A DNA stretch of 64,000 bases from the NCBI GenBank assembly GCA_051294375.1, contig CM119269.1:832272-896271 (forward strand), read 5' to 3'. The notes under the pieces are model-generated. The model was not told where the DNA came from and made no database searches. It worked only from the letters and a program-made list of their open reading frames with translations. Below are positions 12,465 through 25,210 of the stretch, piece by piece. How positions within the stretch are numbered: position 1 is the first letter of the stretch; each line of letters begins with the position of its first letter. The DNA comes from Paraspadella gotoi (Eukaryota; Animalia; Chaetognatha). A program made the translations under genes and the position numbers.

Positions 12465-13108
12465 ACAAGTATGATACAAAAGTAATGAGTACAGAATTTA
12501 ACTTTCTTGACGAAGTGAAGTTAAAAATGAAGAGTTGCAGCTCAAACCGTTGGACTCTTCTTGAAGAAAAAAATATCTTGGGCAAGAAAGGAAAGTGGGG
12601 GAGATTCTATGAGCGAGTTTTTGCAAAAATTTTTTCGTTTCAAAGATATCAAGGAATTAATCCCAAAAATTGATGAAAATAATCAAATTTGCTATGAAGG
12701 AAGGCAAATTTTAAAAATATCTTTTCATAGAATTGGAGTTTGTGACCTAAAAGTAATTCATGCCAAATTTCATGAGAAACCGCCTTACCGTTTGGGCTGC
12801 AACTCTTCAAATAGGTTTTCTTTTATTTTATATAGTACAAAAAAAAATCAAAAAAACGATGACGCCTTTGAAAAAAATAGTAAAGTGAATACATTTTCGG
12901 GATCGTCAGGAGCTCTCCTTTCGAAATCCGAGCTCGGTTTTAGCCTAATTATAATTTGAATTAAGTCATCCCGGACCTTAACCAACTTATTAGCATTTTT
13001 AACGTAAATAGAACAGACCAACGGACAGACATAGCTGCCGACCGTCCGTCCGATCGATCCCCAAGAGTCTCAGAGTTGCCCCGCGAGTACTCGCAGTGCA
13101 ACTAAAAA
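12465..13108. mobile_element. Helentron-associated (HINE/DINE-1-like) non-autonomous element; duplicate at 16299-16941
   Basis: Begins ACAAGTAT, carries GACA/GACG microsatellite-like units, ends in hairpin AGTTGC-CCCGCGAGTACTCGCAGT-GCAACT followed by an A run; same ends as the element at 59589-59840. Confidence 0.6.
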
Positions 13109-14761
13109 TCAAAAGGTCACAAATCACCGCTTACTTTCAGATACGAGGACGAATTTTACGGTTTACATTTAATCATGAAGTTGGGCCAGTAAATTCACAA
13201 TGCCTCACATCCAGCTTCATTCAGCCAGTCGCACTGGCTCAAAGGGGAAGTGGGGAACGCAACATCCCAAGCATTATGTTCCAGCTACAGTCCTAACGAC
13301 TTCCCTCTACGTTGGCAAAGCGAGACCGTCCTAGGGTAACCGCACGAGTGACAAGTGGCGTCACAGAGGGTCGGAAAACAACCCTTTCGTGTGAACACCG
13401 TATTTGATTCCATTTTCGTTGTTGTGGAATTTAAAATTTTCCTATATCTTTGTTGTCTTCCTGTAATGTAGCTTCACGAGACGTATTTGGACCAAAAGGT
13501 CGTATTGGACGAGAAAATGTGCCCATGACCGTATCTATAGAATCTCTACATATTCTTTCATTCATTTTCTCTCTTCGTTTCTAATACACTTCATTACTAA
13601 TATAAATACAGAGCAACATTCTTATTCTTTAAAAACTGTTGAATCTCGTCTGTTTCTTTATTCAAATATTATATCGTGATAATCATCACAAAATTTTTTT
13701 TTCTCTTTAGTTCATACTAGAAGCAGGAATATTTAGACATAATCTTAGGTTTAAACTTTAATGACTAAAAAAATAAATAAGTTTATCACTATATTCGTTT
13801 CGTTATTCAAGTTCGACATCATAAACTTTTCCCCTTTTCTGGATACTACAAAGCTCAAGTTAAGGACACATAAGAACGTCTACTTCTTGATTGGGTTCGG
13901 CGACCACGTGCATTATTTTCACGTGACACCTCTCAACCAATAAAAGCATAAAGCTCGCTGATGACGTCAGAGGAACGGGATTTCGTTTAGATTCTTCATT
14001 CTAATATAAGTCACTCCTGCGCATAAAAACATTCTACCTATTTACTAGTTCCTTCATCGTTTACCATACCACAGGTGTGTATAATCAACTTCTGTCTATT
14101 TGTCTAACATGGTCGAAAATACAAATACCAATGAGGTAATTATTTAAAATATAAGATAAATCTTTACCACAAGAATAGCATTTAAAGAATTCTTTTTTTA
14201 CGTTGTGGAATAAACATGTTTCTTACATAATTTTATCCTTATATGGTGATTACTTTTTAAAAATTGATCAAATTAAATATAAAAAAAATAAAAATTTTAT
14301 TCTATTATAACTATAAGTTAACTAACACTTCAATTAACTTCCCCGGGCTGTGCCCCACCTTCCCTTTATGTACAGAACCATTCTCCGCGTTTCTCTTTTC
14401 ACGATTACTGCCCTCTCGTTATTTGCGGTTTTTTCCGTCTCTGCCTCGTGATTGGCCGAATCTCTTTTCATAACGTCATGTGGTTATTGAGATCGGTGGG
14501 AATGAGGAGGACATGTATTCTGGGAAGCGATGCGCTGCTCGATTTCTGCTGCGTCAGGGTCCATCGCTGAAGCAGCTGCGACGGGTTTTCACCTCCGCTT
14601 TCCTGCACTTGGAATTGCCATCCGCCATCGCATCTCGCACGAAATCTCCGAGATATTTATTCGTCTGAACATTGCCCTATGTCGGGCTACGCATCTTGAA
14701 GACCCACTTAAAAGTTTAAAAAATCAACTGCACTTTTATTCGTTTCAGTCTCTTCTGGGCT

Positions 14762-15045
14762 ATGTCGAAGATCTAAAAAAAGAGGATGCTCGACGAATCT
14801 GTTGGCGGCCTACAACATTAAAGTGACTGAAGGAAGCGGAAGCGGTAGCCGTATAACTTTTTAGAGCCACTGAAAAGATCTAAAAGGCAAGCATGAAATA
14901 CTGTTCATCCCCCAAGCATTATATAGTATAAATAGTAAGTATACTATTGTCCTCACAAGCTACTTCTTGGTGGGGATGGGAGCTGCGAAGATGTCGAAGC
15001 ATCGGAGATAGCGCCACGCCCACACAGAATGACAGAGCTCATACC
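14762..15045 (+). pseudogene. Indel-riddled second copy of the first ZNF532-like coding exons (likely assembly artefact)
   Basis: Matches 18725-19042 (LLAAYNIKVTEGSGSGS) but with frameshifts and truncated at the N gap. Confidence 0.6.
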
Positions 15046-17760
15046 TCTATATGGGTGGATGTATNNNNNNNNNNNNNNNNNNNNNNNNNAAGTTTTATTT
15101 ACTAATGTTAGAATAAAAAAGTTGTCAAAGTTGAAGCGATAAGCTAGTACTAAGATCACAGACTCTCTCTTTGCGGTTATCAAGATTATTTTCATGTTCT
15201 CTGAGAAACAATATAACAGTGGCTGCGCCAATACATGTAAATCGCTTTCAAGGGCTTAAACTGAACTGCTACTGCGGCATTAATAATAAAAAATAATATA
15301 AGTTACAAATAAGTTTACTTTTTTTAATTGCATCATTTTTTAAATTTGCATCATTCTCTTTAACTTGAATCATTCTTTTTACTTGTATTATCTTTTTAAA
15401 CTTACATCATTTTTTTAACTTGCATCATTATTTTTAACTTGCATCATTATTTTTAACTTGCATTGTTTTTTCACTTGCATCATTTTTTAAACTTGCATCA
15501 TTTTTTAACTTGCATCATTTTTTTGACTTGAATAATTTTTTCAATTTTCTTCATTTTTTTAATTTTCTTCATTTTTTCAATCGCATCATTTTTTCAATTT
15601 TTTTAAATATGTAAATTGCTATTTTGTGTAAAGCGAAGCAAGTGAAGAATAGGTGGGTGCAGACAAACGATCAAATATCTATATAAATCAATAGGAATCT
15701 AAACCAAAATGCTGTTAGTAAGAAATGAATGAAAACCTCCTAGTAGGAGAGGGGAGAGGATGAAAAAAAAAATGACAGACGAAAAAAAAAGAGGAGGACG
15801 TTGAGGCTCAGAGATGAACCGGAGGCCTGGGTTAGTCTTTGGGTTGGGGGAAAGGCTGGCAGGGAACGTTATGCCATAACTTATGGTTGGGGTTTTGGCT
15901 TGGCATAAGGCGGGACACCTGGGTAGGGTTAGGCCACTTCCCGGGCCTATTTTTAATTTTTATCATTGGCGCTATCGCCATGGCTTAGTCCCCAACCAAT
16001 TAAAACTATCCTATATTTCTTGTCGTAAAAAAGTAGTAACTTTTTTTTGCTCCGCAGAGTATGGAAGAAGAACAAGAAGGGTCATTCCAATGTGTTGCGC
16101 CGCAGTGATTGTCTTTCACATGTATTTATGGGTGATTACGTGCCTACTGTAACTTTTTTTAGGTTTTATTTCTTGAGACGTGATAATTTGTAAAGAGTGA
16201 GGTTATTTGTAACCGCGACCCATGACCTTCCGGTCCGTCTCAAGAAATAAAACCTAAAACCTAAATTTTGGGTTATATGATCGCTTTTTCAGGTGATCAC
16301 AAGTATGATACAAAAGTAATGAGTACAGAATTTAACTTTCTTGACGAAGTGAAGTTAAAAATGAAGAGTTGCAGCTCAAACCGTTGGACTCTTCTTGAAG
16401 AAAAAAATATCTTGGGCAAGAAAGGAAAGGTGGGGGAGATTCTATGAGCGAGTTTTTGCAAAAATGTTTTTCGTTTCAAAGATATCAAGGAATTAATCCC
16501 AAAAATTGATGAAAATAATCAAATTTGCTATGAAGGAAGGCAAATTTTAAAAATATCTTTTCATAGAATTGGAGTTTGTGACCTAAAAGTAATTCATGCC
16601 AAATTTCATGAGAAACCGCCTTACCGTTTGGGCTGCAACTCTTCAAATAGGTTTCTTTTATTTTATATAGTACAAAAAAAATCAAAAAAACGATGACGCC
16701 TTTGAAAAAATAGTAAAGTGAATACATTTTCGGAATCGTCAGGAGCTCTCCTTTCGAAATCCGAGCTCGGTTTTAGCCTAATTATAATTTGAATTAAGTC
16801 ATCCCGGACCTTAACCAACTTATTAGCATTTTTAACGTAAATAGAACAGACCAACGGACAGACATAGCTGCCGACCGTCCGTCCGATCGATCCCCAAGAG
16901 TCTCAGAGTTGCCCCGCGAGTACTCGCAGTGCAACTAAAAATCAAAAGGTCACAAATCACCGCTTACTTTCAGATACGAGGACGAATTTTACGGTTTACA
17001 TTTAATCATGAAGTTGGGCCAGTAAATTCACAATGCCTCACATCCAGCTTCATTCAGCCAGTCGCACTGGCTCAAAGGGGGAAGTGGGGAACGCAACATC
17101 CCAAGCATTATGTTCCAGCTACAGTCCTAACGACTTCCCTCTACGTTGGCAAAGCGAGACCGTCCTAGGGTAACCGCACGAGTGACAAGTGGCGTCACAG
17201 AGGGTCGGAAGCCCCCAAAACAACCCTTTTCGTGTGAACACCGTATTTGATTCCATTTTCGTTGTTGTGGAATTTAAAATTTTCCTATATCTTTGTTGTC
17301 TTCCTGTAATGTAGCTTCACGAGACGTATTTGGACCAAAAGGTCGTATTGGACGAGAAAAGTGTGCCCATGACCGTATCTATAGAATCTCTACATATTCT
17401 TTCATTCATTTTCTCTCTTCGTTTCTAATTAACTCAATGAGCATTACAGTTTTCTGTTACTAATATAAAACAGAGCAACATTCTTATTCTTTAAAAACTG
17501 TTGAATCTCGTCTGTTTCTTTATTCAAATATATATTTGTCGTGATAATCATCACAAAATTTTTTTTTTCTCTTTAGTTCATACAGTATTTGGCAGGAATA
17601 TTTAGACATAATCTTAGGTTTAAACTTTAATGACTAAAAAAATAAAAATAGTTTATCACGGTATATTTCGTTTCGTTATTCAAGTTCGACATCATAAACT
17701 TTTCCCCTTTTCTGGATACTACAAAGCTCAAGTTAAGGACACATAAGAACGTCTACTTCT

Positions 17761-17850
17761 TGATTGGGTTCGGCGACCACGTGCATTATTTTCACGTGAC
17801 ACCTCTCAACCAATGGAAAATCAAAGCATAAATGCTCGCTGATGACGTCA
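17761..17850 (+). promoter_or_regulatory. Probable promoter of the ZNF532-like locus (copy at about 13889-13969)
   Basis: Within 90 bp: ATTGG, CACGTG, TCACGTGAC, CCAAT and a perfect CRE TGACGTCA (17843-17850), upstream of the first exon-like segment. Confidence 0.55.
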
Positions 17851-18724
17851 GAGGAACGGGATTTCGCTTTAGATTCTTCATTCTAATATAAGTCACTCCT
17901 GCGCATGAAATTCCGACATTCTACCTATTTACTAGTTCCTTCATCGTTTACCATACCACAGGTGTGTATAATCAACTTCTGATCTATTGTCTAACATGGT
18001 CGAAAATACAAATACCAATGAGGTAATTATTTAAAATAAAGATAAATCTTTACCACAGATAGCATTTAAAGAACGCTTGAAAATTTTGTTTTATTTACGT
18101 TGTGGAATAAACATGTTTCTTACATAATTTTATATCCTGTAAGTTTTATATGGTGTATTTACTTTTTAAAAATTGATCAAATTAAATAATTTGAAAATAA
18201 TTTTAAAAATGATTTTGAAATTCTATTTTTGTTTTATAAACTATAAGTTAACCTAACCACTTCAATTAACTTCCCCGGGCTGTGCCCCACCTCCGGGTCC
18301 TTTATGTACAGAACCATTCTCCGCGTTTCTCTTTTCACGATTACTGCCCTCTCGTTATTCGCGGTTTTTTCCGTCTCTGCCTCGTGATTGGCCGAATCTC
18401 TTTTCATAACGTCATGTGGTTATTGAGATCGGTGGGGAATGAGGAGGACATGTATTCTGGGAAGCGATGCGCTGCTGCTCGATTTCTGCTGCGTCAGGGT
18501 CCATCGCTGAAGCAGCTGCGACGGGTTTTCAACCTCGGCGCTTTCCTGCCGACTTGGATTTCGGCCATCCGCCATCGGCATCTGCACGAAATCTCCGAAG
18601 GATATTTATTCGTCTGAACATTGCCCCCGATCTTGTCGGGCTACGCATCTTGAAGACCCACTTAAAAAGTTAAAATTGGATAAGTCATACTGCACTTTTA
18701 TTTCGTTTCAGTCTCTTCTGGGCT

Positions 18725-21700
18725 ATGTCGAAAGATTCAAAAAACGGGAAGACGGATCTCGACGATCTGTTGGCGGCCTACAACATTAAAGTGACTGAAG
18801 GAAGCGGAAGCGGTAGCCCTGATAACTTTTTAGAGCCACCTGCAGCGAAAAGATCTAAAAGGCAAGCATGAAATACCTGTTCATCCCCCCAAGCATTTTA
18901 GTGAAATTAGTTGTAACTTCACAGAAAGAACTATGTTCCTCACAAGCCTCGTCACTTTTTTGGTGGGGATGGGGACGCTGGCGAAGATGTCGAAGCATCG
19001 GGAGATAGCGCCACGCCCACACAGAATGACAGAGCTCATACCCCTAATTCCACGTCTAGCCGAGGATCGTCACGCGATCCAACCCCTACGCCTCCTGGTA
19101 AAACGTCTGTTAAAATGAAAATCGTACCTCTACATTTATCAATTCATTTATCAATTCATTTATCAATTTATTTATCAATTCATTTATCAATTTATTTTTC
19201 AATTCATTTATCAATTCATTTTTCAATTCATTTTGATTTTAAGCCCTGGGCAACCAGCAAGAAGGACCGGAAACTATCTCTTCTAGTCAGGTAGATTCAT
19301 CAAATCTTGGAAACAGTTTGGGATTTACTACCTTGGAATTACATCTTAATCAGGCACCCAATCATTTTACGTAATACGTACAGTACGTATCATACAATAA
19401 ATAAATTCTTTTTTTAGCCTAAAACGCAGACCATAAGACCGCACATAGAACCTTCGGAAATCTACGTCGCCCCAAACCAACCTGCGTTATCCGTTTCAAG
19501 TCCGTATGACTGGTACCACGTTATTTCTAGCGACTGATTGTTTTCGACTAATTTTTCCATTTTCACACAGATATTCGCTCGATGGCTCCTTCAGCTGCGA
19601 CTCAACTTTTAAACCAGCAGCGAAAAATGGCCGCAGCAAAAGTAGCACAACAGAAAAAAACGGTAGATGCCTCTCAATTCCTGGTTGCGCGGTATTTATT
19701 GTCTTCACAACAAATAACCCTCTTTTTTTTTAGACTCCGGGCGCAGTGGTCGGTGCCCCTATCATGTTGATCCCGGTGAGTAGTTCTTCTGTACCAGCTG
19801 CCGTCCCAGGGTCCCTGGCCGGAGTCGACATGTCCAAGGTTACATCTTCGGGTATTTCGCTTGTTCCAACCTCTCTTCAAGGCGCAATAAATGTTGGACG
19901 TTCTATAGCGGTAAGTTCCAAGTTAGGAAGTACTTATATATATGTTCTATATGTACTACCTATAAATTAAAATACGTATTACATAGTATGTAAATTAATA
20001 AATTTCATTCGACGAAAGATGCTGCGATTAATTTTCATATTTATTAGTAAATCACTTAATACGAATTCTTTGTTTTCTACGAACAGGCTCGCCCCAATGG
20101 TGGACCTCGAATATCAATCGTTGAGAATCCCAATGCTACCAAGATGATGGCAGGAAAAGGTGGTTCCTTACCTGTATCCGGATTAAAGAATGTGCCCCAG
20201 AGCGTCCGTTCTGATCAATTTATTGCATCTCAAATTCTCAAAAATCAAGCGTCTTTGCAGAAGACTTCCTTACAAGCAGTTTCGGCAGCTGCTGCAGCAG
20301 TAGCGGCAACCAAGAATCCAGGGATTAGTGATGGTAACATTTATTAAAATTTAAATCTCGTATTATCAAGTTCTGAGAGATTTCAAATGAATTTTAAAAA
20401 TCTTTCAGAACGCCAAAGAGGCGCGAAGCAGATTTTAACTTCACCCGCCAGTACAGCCTTAACAGGTAATTACAGTATTATGTATTAATTGAATTGAAAA
20501 TTTGTTTATATCGCTATTATAACTCGATGATTTATTTTTAATTCCGCAGGATTTGTTCCTGGTTCTGATGCTCCTGTTGTTAATTTGGTAAGTTTCGATT
20601 TCTGTTTCACTCCTTGCTTTCGGACCTTTTATTTAAACAAAACTTAATCAAACAGGTGGCAAACAGCAGTGGCGCTGTCTTCGCCGTTTCTCCAGGTGCG
20701 GTGACGTCGTTAATTCCGGTGGGCGACCCCAAGACAATGCAGCCAACTTTTACGTCCACGGTGCCGGTACCCATTCCGGTGCCGGTCTTGCCGCAGAATC
20801 CGACTATGAAAACGTTGCCGAGAGATGTAGTAAAAAAGATACTCACTAAAAAATATGTTGCCGCGTACAAGCCTCAGGAAATACCCAGTTTATCCGTTAA
20901 GGGCAAAATGGCGTCAGGAGAGCTTCCGGGTAATTAGATTAGCATGTTCGTCTTAATTTTTGAAAAAGTGGAATTGCATTTGAAACGTTACATAATACGA
21001 ATTGCTTTCAGGGGGAGCGGGACCTTTTAGTTGCGCGGATTGCGGTGACATCTTTTGGATGAAATCAAGTTACGAAAGTCATCGTTCGAGAAGGAGCATG
21101 AAGCTGACGCTAAATTGCAAATGGTGCCAATCATCCTTTATTTTTTACAACAAGGTAACTTAAATTATTTTATCTTTCTGTGGAACTGCTTTGTTAACAT
21201 CCTGTTGTTTTTTTTTCCAGTGTCTATTGCTAGAGCACGCGCGCGAACATTCTAGCAAGAGGCAGCCTCTGGATCTGGCCAAGGTTGTAATCTCTCCGAT
21301 TCCCCGCGAAATGGTTTCGGCCGGACTCGATACCTCCGACAACGAAATCGCCGTCAAAGTTGGCGGAGCAACAATTCAGTCGACGGAGAAATCGGAGCAG
21401 ATTGAAAAATCCCCGAGTGCGACTAACCAAGGTAACAATTTAGTGGGAGTAATTTCGACCGTAGCGAATGTTGTCAGCTTTGGTTTGTTGTTTTTTTTCA
21501 CCAGCTCCCAGGCTGGCAACTTCTCAAATCGTCACCTACCCATCGGCCGGGGGGGTTGATCAGCCAATTCAGATTTTGACGCCCAAAACTATGGTTACGG
21601 TTCAGAACGCCTTAAAATTACCCGAGGTAATAATGATTCACCGTCTTAGTAATTCCTTCGTTTATATACAATATATACAATTATACATAGTCTTGAGCAC

Positions 21701-24700
21701 GCAATATGACAACTGCTTTAATTTAGGGATTTAATCAGGCAACTTCGGTGGCGCAAACTTTGACGGCATCGACGCTGCCAAAAGGGGGATTGTTAAAATG
21801 TCCCGAATGTGGCATAGGAGCTCAATCCATTGCTGCGTTGCAGGTTTGTTACCGTTTTTTGTTTATATCAAATAATCCATTATCAATACATCAAATAAGT
21901 AGACGTGTTTCATGTTAAATTTTGCATGCTAGGTTCATTTCGGAGAGAGAGAAAAAAGCGTCAATAAAGCCTGCCAATGTTATTGTGGATACAATACACC
22001 ATCGCCGTGCGCTTTATCTGCACACAAGAGAATACACACCGAAACCATACCCTTTGTTTGTCCTGAATGCGGTGCTCTTTTTAATGATAAGGTAAGGCAT
22101 TTGAGTTTTTTCAATTTGCTAATTCGATTTTTTTCATGATATAAAATTGGTACAATTATAAAAATTATCAACTGGCATCGAAGGAGCTGAATTTTAATTT
22201 ATTTGATTTTAATACTTTTATATTAGGCAACTTTTTCTGCGCACCTGCAACTGATGTGTCTTCATTACAGCAGATGTCCTGGCTATCAATGTCCCAAGTG
22301 TGGCGAAGCTGTCATTTATTCCAAAGTAAATTACCAAGACAATAGGCAGATGAACTTTTATTACGTGTGTCGTTTGAGTACGTGTTTATTACTTATAGCT
22401 CGAATTGGTTCGCTCCCACGTGATGACATCCCATGGAGAGACGTACTACAAATGTCAAGCATGTCCAATGGCTTTTAAATCGATGACAAGCTTTGACGGT
22501 CACCGTACTCAAAATCATCAAGGAGCACGAGTGGCTTACAAAACTATCTACAAATGCCCGCTTTGGTAAAGATTTACTCAAATTAAAAAAAATAATTTGA
22601 CAAAATTTACGACCGAGTTTAATTTCTTGATTCAGTGACACAGTTTTTCACCAAATGGGACAACAACAACAACATATGGACACCCACATGAAAGACGTGG
22701 CACTTAACGCTCGATATGCCTTTAAATGTTCCGAGTGCAAACAGTTTTTCGATACAAAAACTCAGTTGCTTGAACATGTGAAAAATTCTCACTTTAAGGA
22801 GATGACTTCCAAAATTTGTAACCTCTGTTTTCAGGTATATTCCGGGTTGTTTCGGTACAGTATTTAGCTTTGGACTTTTTGAAAACAAATGTAATTGTAC
22901 TTGCTGTAATGAACAGGGCAATAGGGTTATTTTTTAAATATCTACCCAAATTGTTTTTATTTCTACTATTTAGTATTATATTACCGTAAATGGCGAATTC
23001 GTATCACGTTAAAAGGGGGACCCCACTGAATGATTGATTAATAAATTAAGATTGATGAATTAATAATAAATGGTATTGGATACTGACGTCCTTTATGACC
23101 TGGCTCAGCAATTCACCTAAAGTTCGCCATAAAACTTAAAAAAAATATAATTCGTATGTATAATACAAAGTATATATATTTATATACTTGCTATTCTCTT
23201 TTCAAGCCATTTGCCACGGAAATCGACTTGCAACGTCATTTAGGGCCGGATGGAAGTTGCCCAGATTTTCTTTCATCGAGATCTCAGAAGAGCAAAGAAG
23301 GCAAGGGGGGGGCCGTCGCGAAAGCGAAGGAGCCAATCAAAAACGAAGACGAAGCCGAAGGTGGGATGATATTTTGAAAATATCGAAAAGGTTTAAAAAT
23401 TTACTTTATAACAATTAGTTGTCAGTAATTGAGCATAATGGATTTATTTTATTTTTACCTTTAATAGAAAATATATTTTTGGTCGTTTCATTTCGTTTGT
23501 GGGAATTTGTTTGTGGGAATTTCGTTTGTGGGAATTCTAGCTGCAGTATGAATATATATGCATAATAAAACTAATAATTTATTTTGTCTTAATTTTTTAA
23601 AATTTTTTTATTTATTAATTTTTTATTTATCTGCGTAATATTAATATCCACGCACTTTATTAATGACAATAAATGCCTTAAATCAGGCGACACTCTTTTG
23701 GAGCCCGGCAAACTCTCCAGTACACCCCCTGAAGACGTGGTGGAGACGTTACCTAATACTTCCGTCGAGGCTCTAAGCGGGTCGCCTGCGAAATCACCCG
23801 CTTCGGGAACAATGCCTGCCATCCGAGATCTTGAAGAGGACATTCCTGAAGGTCGGTGTTGGAGATGCGAGATGGCATTTGTATTTGTCAAAATCGTCAC
23901 TGTTGTCGCACACATTTTTCGTCGTGTATCTGTTTACCGTAGGTGTTGTTCGAGTCATCCCAATGCCTCCGAAAGAAGTGAACTCGGTAGACAAAAGCGT
24001 CGACGGGAACAGGACTAATTTTGCCGAAGTATCAAACTGGCTTTTCCAAGAAAACTATAAGCTAATGTGCAAGGTTATACATAATTTTAGTAAAAAAAAT
24101 ACAACTTCCATGATGATAATCCATTAATCAGTCGGGAATACGATTTTCTCATTTCCATGTTACGCCCGTTAAGGTTTGCTTCGAACAGTATCACTCTATA
24201 ACCGAACTAACTGCTCACGGAAGGCGACACGTCCAAGACGGATTGAACGTTTGTACTCATCGTTACTGTCAAAACTTACAATTTGCGACTCGCGAAGCGC
24301 TGCAGGTACAAAAGGAAACAATCTTTGGAACATTTACGGACGGGTTTTCTAAAGTTATGCTTAATCGTCCCGAATTCGCCAAAGGCACATGTTAGATCTG
24401 GTCACCGCACGGATTTACCCGAAGCGCAACCCATGATCGACTTGGATCACGTGCCCGTCAAGGAAAGCGCTCCGGGCGAAGGAGCCGTCTCAGCTCAGCA
24501 AGAGGATGAGGCGAACAAAGGTACCGGTCGAAGATCATCGGAAGGGTTTTCTTGCGCCAAATGCGATTACGCAACGCCCGATCAGGTATGCCTAACTTCA
24601 TTAGGGAGGTAAGCGACAAGTTGAAAGTTCTTAGTTTGCTAATATTTTTTTCTCTTAAAATTAATATATTATAATTATTATTATATCAAAGGCGGAGTTT

Positions 24701-25210
24701 ATGATACACATCGTTTGCCACAAATCGGATAGAGATTCCATTCAATGTGCCGAATGCGGATCTTGTTTTACTGCCGAGCCTTCGCTTCGTCGTCACCTTT
24801 TCGTCTCGCACAAGGTTTTTTTCTAATCGCGATTCTTTTCAATTTTAAAAAAGCTTTATACTAAAAATACTAAAAATATAAATTTAGATCCGCGACTTTC
24901 AACTATATCTCTCACGCATTTCGGAAGTATCCAGAACGTTGGACCGAAAGTCCACGTTGCGTCGCGACGACGCAAGCTCTCGTCGATCGTCGCCTTCATC
25001 GTCTTCAGTCGCCTCGGAAGGCGGGCCTCGGTGAAGGATTTATTTGCATAAATATTGATCGAATGCAAAAATTAACTTGGGTTTTATTCTTTCAATAGAG
25101 AATGTACAGTGTGTTACAAACCTTTCGAAACGGAAGCTGCGTTGAAGACCCATATGAGAACCCATGGAATGGCGTTTATTAGGTCGAAGAGATTCTCGTC
25201 AGAGAATTAA
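18725..25210 (+). CDS. ZNF532/ZNF592/ZNF687-family multi-C2H2 zinc-finger protein (about 20 exons)
   Basis: N-terminal MSKDSKNGKTDLDDLLAAYNI resembles the family FDDLLAAFDI motif; internal C2H2 fingers (CSECKQFFDTKTQLLEHVKNSH, CAECGSCFTAEPSLRRHLFVSH); C-terminus CTVCYKPFETEAALKTHMRTHGMAFIRSKRFSSEN* matches the family HMRTHGMAF signature. Confidence 0.88.
19133..19232. repeat. 12-bp tandem repeat (ATTTATCAATTC) in a ZNF intron
   Basis: About eight visible units. Confidence 0.9.

Larger units (their letters stand above)
8878..19042 (+). repeat. Direct duplication of a ~4 kb block (8878-15045 versus 15090-19042) around a 25-N gap; probably uncollapsed haplotypes or over-filled gap
   Basis: Near-identical sequence; differences are mostly small indels that cluster next to the gap, plus the 2.4 kb hAT insertion found only in the left copy. 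Confidence 0.9.

Noticed and set aside
13141-13380. GC-richer exon-like segment (also about 12222-12318)
   Set aside because: Stops in all frames tried and no recognisable motif.
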